Positions 17,972 to 27,136 of a DNA stretch of 64,000 nucleotides are shown here, piece after piece; the first letter of the stretch is position 1, and each line of letters begins with the position of its first letter. The stretch is from Candidatus Latescibacterota bacterium. GTDB taxonomy: Bacteria > Latescibacterota > UBA2968 > GCA-2709665. The notes under the pieces are model-generated. The model did not search any database. It saw nothing but the letters and a program-made list of their open reading frames with translations, and had not been told where the DNA came from. The position numbers and the translations under genes are program-made. The DNA lies in contig CAXXJS010000031.1 in NCBI GenBank assembly GCA_963662665.2, positions 32,001 to 96,000 of the forward strand. Reading direction: 5' to 3'.

Positions 17972-20656
17972 ATGCGTCGTCCAATCGTCATGTTAACTTC
18001 CATCATCGTCGCCTCCATAATGGTGAACGCAGTGGAGGCTGAAGAAGCCAAACCCGATACCACGGCGGCGGACACCGTTAAGGTCGAGGCCAAAGAAACC
18101 GGTGCGGACACTACCGCGAAAAAAGACAAGAAGAAAAAAAAGAAGACCTTTGAGGAGGTCACGAAGGATTTCGAAGTTATCCCGGGGCTATTTACGGTTT
18201 ATCGAAAGGACGATGAAGCCAAAGTCTACATGGAGATTAAGCCCAGACAGTACGACCGTATCTATCTGTGCGCCGTCACCCGGGAGGCAGCGGACGGTTA
18301 TTTCTTCGACGCGACGGCCCTGATACCCAGCTTCATGAATTATGGATTTCCCTTTGTGCTCAAACGCATCGGGAAAAACGTGCAGTTTCTGCACAAAAAC
18401 GTCTACTTCCGGGCGGACGAAAACGCTCCGATCGCCGGCGCGGTAGCCCGCAGCGTCACCAATTCCATCCTGAGCGTCGCCAAAATCGTGGACAGCGAAC
18501 CGCACCCGGAAAGGAAGAGCATCCTTGTGGACGCGGGCGGGTTCTTCCTGAAGGACCTGACCATGGTGGCGGCCGCGTTCAGAGACCGCAAGGTAAAGTA
18601 CCGCTTCGACGGAAAGAACAGCTACTTCGGAAAGGTGAAGTCCTTCCCGATGAACACGGAAATTGAAGTCGTCCTCCACTTCAACACGGCCAATCCCGAA
18701 TTCGAGGCGTACACCTTCCCCGATCCCCGCAGTTTTCAACACGTTTACCACTATAGCCTTTCAATCTTGCCCCGGACGACCTATAGACCCAGACTGGGAG
18801 ACGACCGGGTCGGCCACTTCCTAACCATGTACCAGGATTACAACACGGTGCAGAAGGAGACGCCCTATATTCGTTACGTGGAGCGTTGGCACCTGGAGAA
18901 GGAGAATCCCCGGGCAAAACTATCGAAACCCGGAGAACCGATCGTTTTCTGGATCGAAAATACGGTTCCCGTGAAATACAGGAAGGCCCTGAAGAAGGGC
19001 CTCCTGATGTGGAATGAAGCCTTTGAACGCATCGGCTTCAAGGACGCGATCGTCGTAAATCAGCAGCCGGACGACGCGGATTGGGACGCCGCGGACGCGC
19101 GCTATAACATGGTCCGGTGGTTCGTGAATCCGCGCCGCGTCTATGCCCAGGGTCCGTCCCGCGCCAATCCGCTCACCGGCGAACTCTTCAATGCCAGCAT
19201 CCGTTTCAGCGCCGATTTTCCCCGGTCGATGTTCCGAGAATACGAGGAATTCGTGGATCCGACGTCCGAAGCCGGCGGCCCCCTGCTGGCGCAGCGTCGA
19301 GCGAAGGACTTTTCCCGGGGATTCTGCGACTACGCGGAAGGCGCTGTACACCAGGCCGCCTTTGCAGGAAACCTGCTGGCGGCCCGGGGAGAAATCGACC
19401 CTGCCGGAAAGGACGGCCAGAAATTTATCAATGACTATCTGACCATGATCGCCGCACACGAGATGGGGCACACCCTGGGCCTGCGCCACAACTTCAGGGC
19501 CAGCACACTGCATCCAACCGACCGCCTGCAGGACAAAGCGTCCGTAAAGGACCTGTCCAGCTCGGTGATGGACTACCTGCCCCCCAATATCGCACCCGAG
19601 GGAGAAAAGCAGGGTCACTACTTTCCCACCACTCTGGGACCCTACGACAAGTGGGCGATCGAATACGCCTACAAGCCGATCGAGGCGGAAAACCCGGAAT
19701 CGGAACGGGAAGAACTGGGCAAAATTGCCGCCAAGGTCGCCGATCCCAGGGTCGCCTACGGCACGGATGAAGATGCCTTCGGGGCGCCTCGCGGCATCGA
19801 TCCAACGGTCAACCGATGGGACCTGGGCGCCGACCCGCTGGCCTTCCACCTGAATCGCATCGGCCTTGCGAAGGAACTCTGGCGGAAAATGGAGGACCGG
19901 TTCGAGGTCCCCGGCAGACGGTACCAGAAACTACGGAGGGTTTTCGGACAGGGACTGACGGAGTACCTTCTCGCCGCACGCAACGTTACCAAATACATCG
20001 GCGGCATCTATCACCGGCGCGACCACGTGGGCGACCCGGGAAACCGGCTTCCGTTCGAACCGGTCCCGGCGGCCAGGCAGCGGGAAGCGTTTGACTTCCT
20101 CAAAGCGCACGTCTTCGGTCCAGACGCTTTCGACTTTTCACCCGAACTGATGCGGAAACTCGCCCCCGAACGCCTCTGGGGCTTCACCGGCGCGGTCTGG
20201 CGCATGCAGCGCCTCGACTATCCGATCCACAGCCGGATACTGAGGATCCAGCGCGGCCCTCTGAGCGCGCTGTACCACCCGCTGCTGCTGGGCCGGCTGC
20301 AGGACATGGCATTCTGGGCCGGCGGCGATGCATTCGGGATGCCGGAACTCTTCGACGGCCTCCGTGAGGCCGTCTGGGCGGAACTGGCATCCGGCGCCAA
20401 TATCAACAGCTTCAGGCGAAACCTCCAACGTATGCACCTCGACCACGTTGTCACGCTGGTTGTGAAACCACCCCGCGACACCCCGGCCGACGCCTCCTCG
20501 CTGGCGCGCGCCGACCTCCTGGCACTCGCAGCATCCATCCGGAACGTCCTATCCGACACGGGGCTGGACCGCCAGACCCGCGCCCACCTGGAGGAGAGCA
20601 TTACGCGCATCGATGCCGCGCTGAAAGCGGGCGTGCAACGCCACCTGGGAGGATAG
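17972..20656 (+). CDS. Secreted zinc-dependent metalloprotease (DUF5117/DUF4953, EcxA-like)
   Basis: Signal peptide, R..D.RVGHF, WN.AFE.IGF, HEMGHTLGLRHNF, SSVMDY Met-turn. Confidence 0.92.
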   Translation: MRRPIVMLTSIIVASIMVNAVEAEEAKPDTTAADTVKVEAKETGADTTAKKDKKKKKKTFEEVTKDFEVIPGLFTVYRKDDEAKVYMEIKPRQYDRIYLCAVTREAADGYFFDATALIPSFMNYGFPFVLKRIGKNVQFLHKNVYFRADENAPIAGAVARSVTNSILSVAKIVDSEPHPERKSILVDAGGFFLKDLTMVAAAFRDRKVKYRFDGKNSYFGKVKSFPMNTEIEVVLHFNTANPEFEAYTFPDPRSFQHVYHYSLSILPRTTYRPRLGDDRVGHFLTMYQDYNTVQKETPYIRYVERWHLEKENPRAKLSKPGEPIVFWIENTVPVKYRKALKKGLLMWNEAFERIGFKDAIVVNQQPDDADWDAADARYNMVRWFVNPRRVYAQGPSRANPLTGELFNASIRFSADFPRSMFREYEEFVDPTSEAGGPLLAQRRAKDFSRGFCDYAEGAVHQAAFAGNLLAARGEIDPAGKDGQKFINDYLTMIAAHEMGHTLGLRHNFRASTLHPTDRLQDKASVKDLSSSVMDYLPPNIAPEGEKQGHYFPTTLGPYDKWAIEYAYKPIEAENPESEREELGKIAAKVADPRVAYGTDEDAFGAPRGIDPTVNRWDLGADPLAFHLNRIGLAKELWRKMEDRFEVPGRRYQKLRRVFGQGLTEYLLAARNVTKYIGGIYHRRDHVGDPGNRLPFEPVPAARQREAFDFLKAHVFGPDAFDFSPELMRKLAPERLWGFTGAVWRMQRLDYPIHSRILRIQRGPLSALYHPLLLGRLQDMAFWAGGDAFGMPELFDGLREAVWAELASGANINSFRRNLQRMHLDHVVTLVVKPPRDTPADASSLARADLLALAASIRNVLSDTGLDRQTRAHLEESITRIDAALKAGVQRHLGG

Positions 20657-20715
20657 GAATCTCCAGGGCTGCAACCGCGCGGCGACTTCACCGCGCGCCG
20701 ATCAACGGAGCGACT

Positions 20716-22068
20716 ATGTCGAAATCTTCTGATATCCGAATCCGAAACGTCGAACTTGACTTTGAGGCCTACCCGTACCGCACCCCGCTCAAGTTCGGCG
20801 GCGTGGTCACAACGCACTGCAAACTGATGAACGTAACCATCGACGTTGAAAACGGCGCGGGCGGCGTGGCTTCCGGGTTCGGATCCATGCCCCTCGGAAA
20901 TGCCTGGTCCTTTCCTTCTCAAACCGTCGGATTCGAGGACTCCATGCGTGCGATGGTCCGGCTGGGCGAGCGTATGACCGACTACACCCGAACCTATGGG
21001 GAAAGCGGCCATCCCCTGGACGTCATGGAGGATCTGGAATCGCGGTTTCTCAACCTCGCGGCCGAAACAGGCGCGGAATTGAACCTGGGGGAGGCCATTC
21101 CGAAACTCTGTACCCTGGTGACAGCCAGCCCGATCGACGCCGCACTGCACGATGCCTACGGCAAGGTCAACCGGATCAACGCCTACGACGGTCTCTCGGC
21201 CGAATGGATGAATCACGACCTCGCCCGATATCTCAACGGAGACTTCACGGGCGAACATCTGGACCGGTACACCCTGCGTAGCCCCAAGCCGCGTATGCCG
21301 CTCTACCACCTTGTGGGCGCCCTCGATCCGCTCACAGACGCGGAAATCGACAAGCGTATCGGCGACGGCCTGCCGGAGACCCTTCCCGAATGGATCCGCG
21401 CGGACGGCCTGACCCACCTGAAGATCAAACTCAATGGAGACGACCTGACCTGGGACGTGGACCGCGTATGCGATATCCACGCCGTCACCGCCCGGACACA
21501 GGCCGAACGTAGCGTTTCGGACTGGTCCTACTCACTCGATTTCAACGAGAAATGCCAAGACGTGGGCTACCTCCTGGATTTTCTCGCCCGGATAAGCGAA
21601 AAGAGCGCCGGCGCCTTCGAACGCGTGGCCTATATCGAGCAGCCCACGGCCCGTAACCTCCGCGCCAACCCCGAGAACAAAATGCACGAAGCCGCGGGAA
21701 TACGTCCCGTGGTGATCGACGAATCCCTCGAGGACTTCGAGAGCCTGCTGCTGGCCCGCGACCTCGGCTATTCCGGTGTAGCGCTCAAAACCTGCAAGGG
21801 TCAGTCGCAGGCGCTGTTAATGGGCGCCGCCGCGAAGAAATACGGCATGTTCCTGTGCGTGCAGGACCTCACCTGTCCCGGCGCTTCGTTTCTCCACTCC
21901 GCCGGCCTGGCCGCGCGCGTCCCCACGGTTACGGCAATCGAGGGTAACGCGCGGCAATACTGCCCCGACGCTAACGGCATATGGGCGGATCGCTATCCGC
22001 CGGTCTTCGAAATAACCGACGGCACGGTGGATACATCCGGCCTGACGGGAATCGGACTCGGTCATTGA
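20716..22068 (+). CDS. Mandelate racemase/muconate lactonising enzyme (enolase superfamily) protein
   Basis: KIK motif; metal ligands D(FNE), E(QP), D(ES); ALK.CKG. Confidence 0.85.
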   Translation: MSKSSDIRIRNVELDFEAYPYRTPLKFGGVVTTHCKLMNVTIDVENGAGGVASGFGSMPLGNAWSFPSQTVGFEDSMRAMVRLGERMTDYTRTYGESGHPLDVMEDLESRFLNLAAETGAELNLGEAIPKLCTLVTASPIDAALHDAYGKVNRINAYDGLSAEWMNHDLARYLNGDFTGEHLDRYTLRSPKPRMPLYHLVGALDPLTDAEIDKRIGDGLPETLPEWIRADGLTHLKIKLNGDDLTWDVDRVCDIHAVTARTQAERSVSDWSYSLDFNEKCQDVGYLLDFLARISEKSAGAFERVAYIEQPTARNLRANPENKMHEAAGIRPVVIDESLEDFESLLLARDLGYSGVALKTCKGQSQALLMGAAAKKYGMFLCVQDLTCPGASFLHSAGLAARVPTVTAIEGNARQYCPDANGIWADRYPPVFEITDGTVDTSGLTGIGLGH

Positions 22069-22074
22069 CTGGCG

Positions 22075-22192
22075 CAAAGCGCGTCTACCCGGGCGTGGCT
22101 GATACTGAACCGGGGATTCGGGGAGGGAGCGCAACGCAATAATCCGGCCACAAGGGCCGTACGCAGCCCGGATGGACTTTTTCAACGGGCTG
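22075..22192 (+). mobile_element. MITE family B, right-hand portion
   Basis: GGGATTCGG..AGGGAGCGCAACGCA.TAAT.CGGCCACAAGGGCCG...GGATGGACTTTTTCAACGGGCTG matches 63165-63245. Confidence 0.7.
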
Positions 22193-22214
22193 ATAAGGCA
22201 TGAAGGAGACGTTC

Positions 22215-23226
22215 ATGAAGGCCAGACAGCTCGTTTTCTCCGGTAAAATGGTGGTCGAAACGGTCGACGTCGAGGTGCGGGACACCCCGGGGCCCGGCGA
22301 AATTCTGGTCGAAAACCTCTACGGACTGATCAGCCCCCGGCACCGAGTTGGCGATGTTTACGCAAACGCACGTGGGTTTCCCGCGGCACGACTTCGGCTA
22401 TGCCAAATATCCCTTCTACCCCGGTTATGCCTCGGTGGGCCGTGTCCTGCTTGCCGGGCGGGACGTGAATGCCGTGCACGAAGGGGATCTTGTGTACGTG
22501 AAGGGAAAACACGTCTCCCATGCTCTCGTCGGTTCCGGCGGGCCATTGATGAGGCTTCCCGAAAACCTGGCGCCCGAACGAGCGCCTTTCGCGGTAATTG
22601 CAAACATTGCGCTTACCGCCGTGCGCCTTTCAAACATCCGGCTTGGCCACACCGTGGCCGTCTTCGGACAGGGCCTCGTTGGCAACATGGCCGCCCAATT
22701 GATGAATCTGTCCGGCGCCCGCCGGGTTATCGGCATCGACCAGGTTCAGGAGCGGCTGGCCATCTCGAAAGCCTGCGGCATCGACGCCTGTGTGAACCCG
22801 GCAGCGGAGGACCTGGCGGATCGCGTCCATGCAATGACGAACGGCGAAGGCTGCCAGGTTGTGGTTGAGGCCACGGGCAACCCGGACGCGGCCCCGGAGG
22901 CCATAAGAGTCGCCGCGCAGATGGGACAGGTCATCCTTCTGGGCAGCCCGCGCGGTAGCGCCGAAATCGACCTCTATTTCGACCTTCACCGCACCGGCGT
23001 ATCGGTAATTGGCGCACACGGCTCCAGGCAGGCCGACGCGTCGCAATTCGGCGACCCCGTCCCGGACGAACTCATGCTGGACTATATCGCCAGGGAACGC
23101 CTGAAGGTCGCCCCTCTGCTCACCCACGTGCTTCCCGCCTCGCGGGCCGACGAGGCATACCGGGGGCTCCTGGAAGAAAAAGACGCCTGGCTCGGCGTCC
23201 TTTTGGATCTCACACGCTGGGAGTAA
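22215..23226 (+). pseudogene. Zinc-binding alcohol dehydrogenase (MDR) split by a +1 frameshift
   Basis: N-part MKARQLVF...ISP joins GTELAMF...YP.YPGY, GQGLVG, EATG if one C is removed from C5 at 22334-22338; SD AAGGAG. Confidence 0.8.
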
Positions 23227-23233
23227 GGCGCGA

Positions 23234-24517
23234 ATGCGAATCGTCCACGCCGATCTGGAAATGCAGCGGCAGCCCTTCGCCAGGCCATTCGCATTCAAGG
23301 GCGCGGCTTTCCACGAAAAGTGGAATCTGATTGTTCGCCTGACCGACGAAACCGGCGCCGAAGCCGTGGGCGTGGGCGGCACGGCCGTACTCTGGTCTGA
23401 CCCGGATGTTTTTTCGAGTCATACCGAAGTCGGCGGCAATATTCTCATGTCCGCCCTTCTGGAATTCGCGCTGCAACAGGCTGTGAAACGCGAATTTGAG
23501 GACCCGCCCGACCTGTTGTCAGGACTCGTACCTTATGTACACGACTACGGAAAGACCATCACCGGCAATCCCGGCCTGCGACTCACGTTTGCACTCATCG
23601 CGCTGGTGGCCCTGGACAACGCCGCGTGGATGCTCCACGCGAAGCGTAACGGGATCACCACGTTCGACAGTCTCATACCGGGTGCGTATCGTACGTTTTT
23701 CGCGAACCGCCAGACCCACCTCGGCGTTGCCCCGGCCATCGGCTATGGGATGCCTCTGGACGAACTGCGGGCGATTCTGGACACGGGCGTCTACATCCTG
23801 AAGATCAAGATCGGGCAACCGGGCGGCGAGGCGGAAATGGCGCGGAAGGACATGGCGTGGCTGGACCGCATCCATCGAGTCGCCGCGGGCTACACCACGC
23901 CGATGACGGATTCCGGGAAAGTCCTCTACTATCTCGACGCGAACGCGCGATACGCGAAGAAAGAAACCATGGCGCGGCTGCTGGACCACATGCGCAAAGC
24001 CGGCATTCACGAGCACGTCGTCCTTATAGAAGAGCCGTTTTCGGATCCTGATGACATCTACGTTGGCGACCTGCCGGCCCGTTTCGCGGCCGACGAAAGC
24101 GTACAGTCCGTGGAGGATGTGTGCACACGAACCGGCCAGGGATACGGGGCCATTGCCATCAAACCCGCGGGCAAGACCCTTTCGCTTGCGTTCCCAATGG
24201 TGAAGGCAGCGGCGGAGGCCGGCGTGCCGTGTTTCGTGGCCGACAACGGTTGCATTCCCCTCCTGGTGGAGTGGAACAAGAACGTCGCGGCCCGTCTTCC
24301 GGCGTTCCCCGGCATCAAGGGCGGCTTTATCGAATCCAACGGCCCGGAAAACTACGGCAACTGGGCCGATCTGGTTGCGGCGTACCCCGTTCCCAATGCG
24401 CCCTGGCTCACGCCCGGATCCGGCGCATTTTTCCTGGACGAAGATTACTACCGTCGAAGCGGCGGCGTGTTCCACGATCCGGTACCCTATTCCCGTATGT
24501 TCCGTACCTTGAGCTGA
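23234..24517 (+). CDS. Enolase-superfamily (Ala-Glu epimerase-like) protein
   Basis: KIKIG, DAN, EEP, ADES, IKP. Confidence 0.8.
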   Translation: MRIVHADLEMQRQPFARPFAFKGAAFHEKWNLIVRLTDETGAEAVGVGGTAVLWSDPDVFSSHTEVGGNILMSALLEFALQQAVKREFEDPPDLLSGLVPYVHDYGKTITGNPGLRLTFALIALVALDNAAWMLHAKRNGITTFDSLIPGAYRTFFANRQTHLGVAPAIGYGMPLDELRAILDTGVYILKIKIGQPGGEAEMARKDMAWLDRIHRVAAGYTTPMTDSGKVLYYLDANARYAKKETMARLLDHMRKAGIHEHVVLIEEPFSDPDDIYVGDLPARFAADESVQSVEDVCTRTGQGYGAIAIKPAGKTLSLAFPMVKAAAEAGVPCFVADNGCIPLLVEWNKNVAARLPAFPGIKGGFIESNGPENYGNWADLVAAYPVPNAPWLTPGSGAFFLDEDYYRRSGGVFHDPVPYSRMFRTLS

Positions 24518-24532
24518 CCCACGGAGAACGCC

Positions 24533-26170
24533 ATGCAATCCCCTCACGGAATCGGCCACCACGCCTTTCGCCCGTCGGTTATGGGAAACAACGGGCTCGT
24601 CGCCTCCGGCCATCCCCTCGCGTCCCAGGCCGGCATCGCCACGCTGATAGCCGGCGGCAACGCCATCGACGCGGCCGTTGCAACGGCCGCCGCGCTGGGC
24701 GTGGTGGAACCCGCCGCGTCGGGCGTGGGCGGCGACGGCTATTTGCTCATTTACAGTGCGGATTCCGGCGCCGTGTCGGCCGTCAACGGCACAGGCGCCG
24801 CCCCGCGGGCGGCCACCAGGGAAGTCTATCTGAAACGCGGCGGGATCCCAATGAGGGGTATCCTGAGCGTTTCCGTCCCCGGCCTGGTGGACGGATGGCT
24901 CATTGCACACGAAAGACACGGCCTCCTCGGTCTCGATCGGGTCCTGGACCCCGCCATCTCCCTTTGCGAAAACGGATTTCCCGTCAGCCACAAGTTGGCC
25001 GGCAGCCTGGCCGGCCGGACCGCGGGCTTCACCTCGGACCCGATCACCCGCGAAGTATTCACAAAGGACGGCGAGCCGATGGCGCCTGGCGACGTGCTTC
25101 GCCAGAGCGATCTGGGCGCCACGCTGCGCCGGATCGCCGCCGAAGGCCGGGCGGCCCTCTACGAAGGCGACGTCGCTGAGGCCATTGCCGCATTCAGCCG
25201 GTCCAGAGGCGGCCTGCTCAGCTTGGAAGACCTGGCGAACCACCACGCCCGCTGGGCAGATCCCATCCACACCACGTACCGCGGGCACACCGTGTATGAG
25301 ATGCCACCCAATTCCAGCGGCCACGTCCTGCTACAGGAACTCAATATCGTGGAACGCTTCGACCTCCAGTCGCTCGGATGCAACACGGCGGAATGCGTCC
25401 ATCTGATGGTTGAGGCCAAAAAGCTCGCGTTCTCGGACAGGGAAGCCTTTGTCGCCGATCCCGATTGGCTGGATATCCCCCTCAAGGGCCTGCTCTCCAA
25501 GTCGTACGCGGAACAGCAGGCGCGACGTATCGACCTCAATCGCGCGGCAACCGACGTTCCCGCCGGGCGCCCCGAAAGCCATGAAGACACCACGTGCTTC
25601 TGCACGGCGGACCGGTGGGGAAACGCGGTCTGCGTGCTGCAATCCATCCAGTCCGGATTCGGCTCCGGCCTTATTGCCGGAAACACGGGCATCATCCTCA
25701 ACAACCGGATGACGTACTGGCACCTGGAGGAAAATCACCCCAACTGCCTGCGGCCCGGCAAACGGGTACGCCACACAATGAATCCCGTTATTGTAACGCG
25801 GAACGACAGACCCGTGCTCGTTTGCGGGACTCCCGGGGCGGATACCCAGGTGCAGACCAATCTACAGCTTATCACGCATATTCTGGACTTTGGCATGACA
25901 CCGCAGGAAGCCGCGGAGGCCCCCCGGTGGCGCAGTCTGCAGAACCCGATGGAGTCCACCGTCCCCCATACCTGCGAAGACGTCCTTCAGCTCGAAGGAA
26001 GGTTTTCGAAAAACGTCCGCGACGGTCTCGTCCGGCGCGGCCACGAACTGCGCATCCTGGGCGACTGGGACGGCCCCGGCAGCGCCCAGGCGATTCGCAT
26101 CCTCCCGGAAACCAACACGCTCATCGGCGGCTCGGACCCGCGCCGGGACGGCTATGCCGCGGCCTGGTGA
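24533..26170 (+). CDS. ggt: Gamma-glutamyltransferase family Ntn-hydrolase
   Basis: GGNAIDAAVA, SG.GGD, VPG.V.GW, PPNS.G, nucleophile ED/TT, D.WGNAV, FGSG, DPRRDG. Confidence 0.9.
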   Translation: MQSPHGIGHHAFRPSVMGNNGLVASGHPLASQAGIATLIAGGNAIDAAVATAAALGVVEPAASGVGGDGYLLIYSADSGAVSAVNGTGAAPRAATREVYLKRGGIPMRGILSVSVPGLVDGWLIAHERHGLLGLDRVLDPAISLCENGFPVSHKLAGSLAGRTAGFTSDPITREVFTKDGEPMAPGDVLRQSDLGATLRRIAAEGRAALYEGDVAEAIAAFSRSRGGLLSLEDLANHHARWADPIHTTYRGHTVYEMPPNSSGHVLLQELNIVERFDLQSLGCNTAECVHLMVEAKKLAFSDREAFVADPDWLDIPLKGLLSKSYAEQQARRIDLNRAATDVPAGRPESHEDTTCFCTADRWGNAVCVLQSIQSGFGSGLIAGNTGIILNNRMTYWHLEENHPNCLRPGKRVRHTMNPVIVTRNDRPVLVCGTPGADTQVQTNLQLITHILDFGMTPQEAAEAPRWRSLQNPMESTVPHTCEDVLQLEGRFSKNVRDGLVRRGHELRILGDWDGPGSAQAIRILPETNTLIGGSDPRRDGYAAAW

Positions 26171-26197
26171 ACGGAGTAAGGGCCTCAAGGAGCTTTT

Positions 26198-27016
26198 ATG
26201 TCACGCTACGAAGATTTTCAGAGGGACGGCTACGTCATCCACTGCCGGCCGGTGATTCCCGAAGACCTGATCCGTCGCGCGATGGAAGGCATGGACCACG
26301 TGCTGGCCGGCCTGTACGAGACCGGCATTTCCCCGCAGCCTTCCTACTGGAATCCCGGCGATGACCCGAATAAGCTCGGCAAAGTTGAAATGCCCCAGCT
26401 TGCCAATCGGGCCATAAAGGAGCTTATCAGCCACCCCGGCCTGGGCAGGCTTGCCGCGGAAGTAACCGGTGCAAAGCGGATCCAGGTCTGGTGGGTCCAA
26501 CTCCTGTCCAAGCCCCCCGCGAGTACGGACGCGGGGTCCGGTGTAAGCGTCGGCTGGCACCAGGACCGGCAGTACTGGAAAGCCTGGAAGGAGGGTAGCG
26601 AACTCTTCACTGCGTGGGTCGCCGTATCCGACGTGGGACCGGAAACCGGCCCAATGGCCTTCGTAAAGGGTTCCCACAAGTGGGGACTGCTCAACGAGGG
26701 CGCCTTTTACATCGACGACAGTGACGACATTGAGATGCAGCGTCACCAGATCACGCTTCCCCCCGGCGAAACGTGGCGGGAGGTGGAAGCCGTCCTGCCG
26801 CCCGGCGGCGTCTCCTTCCACCATTGCCTCACCTTCCACGGCAGCCGCCCCAACCGCTCCGGCGCGCCGAGGCGAAGCTTTGCCGTCCACATGCGAACGG
26901 AGAAGTCACATCCCGTCTCCCAACCGGAAGGCACACTGGCCCAGTTCATCCACCGGCAGGACTGCTGTCCGGTCGTCTACAACGCCGATGGAGCGGATTC
27001 GACTCAATCGGGCTGA
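26198..27016 (+). CDS. Phytanoyl-CoA dioxygenase (PhyH) family Fe(II)/2-oxoglutarate enzyme
   Basis: WHQD...W.A..D...G......GSH...HGS.PN.S...RR. Confidence 0.9.
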   Translation: MSRYEDFQRDGYVIHCRPVIPEDLIRRAMEGMDHVLAGLYETGISPQPSYWNPGDDPNKLGKVEMPQLANRAIKELISHPGLGRLAAEVTGAKRIQVWWVQLLSKPPASTDAGSGVSVGWHQDRQYWKAWKEGSELFTAWVAVSDVGPETGPMAFVKGSHKWGLLNEGAFYIDDSDDIEMQRHQITLPPGETWREVEAVLPPGGVSFHHCLTFHGSRPNRSGAPRRSFAVHMRTEKSHPVSQPEGTLAQFIHRQDCCPVVYNADGADSTQSG

Positions 27017-27136
27017 CGGACATCCGCGCTGGTGCGCGGACAACGGCAACAATAAAACGCAACGGCCGTACATCTTGCCGTTGCGTTTTATTATGTCAGA
27101 TTCAATGCGAACCGCGGTGGCGGTCCGACTGTCACT

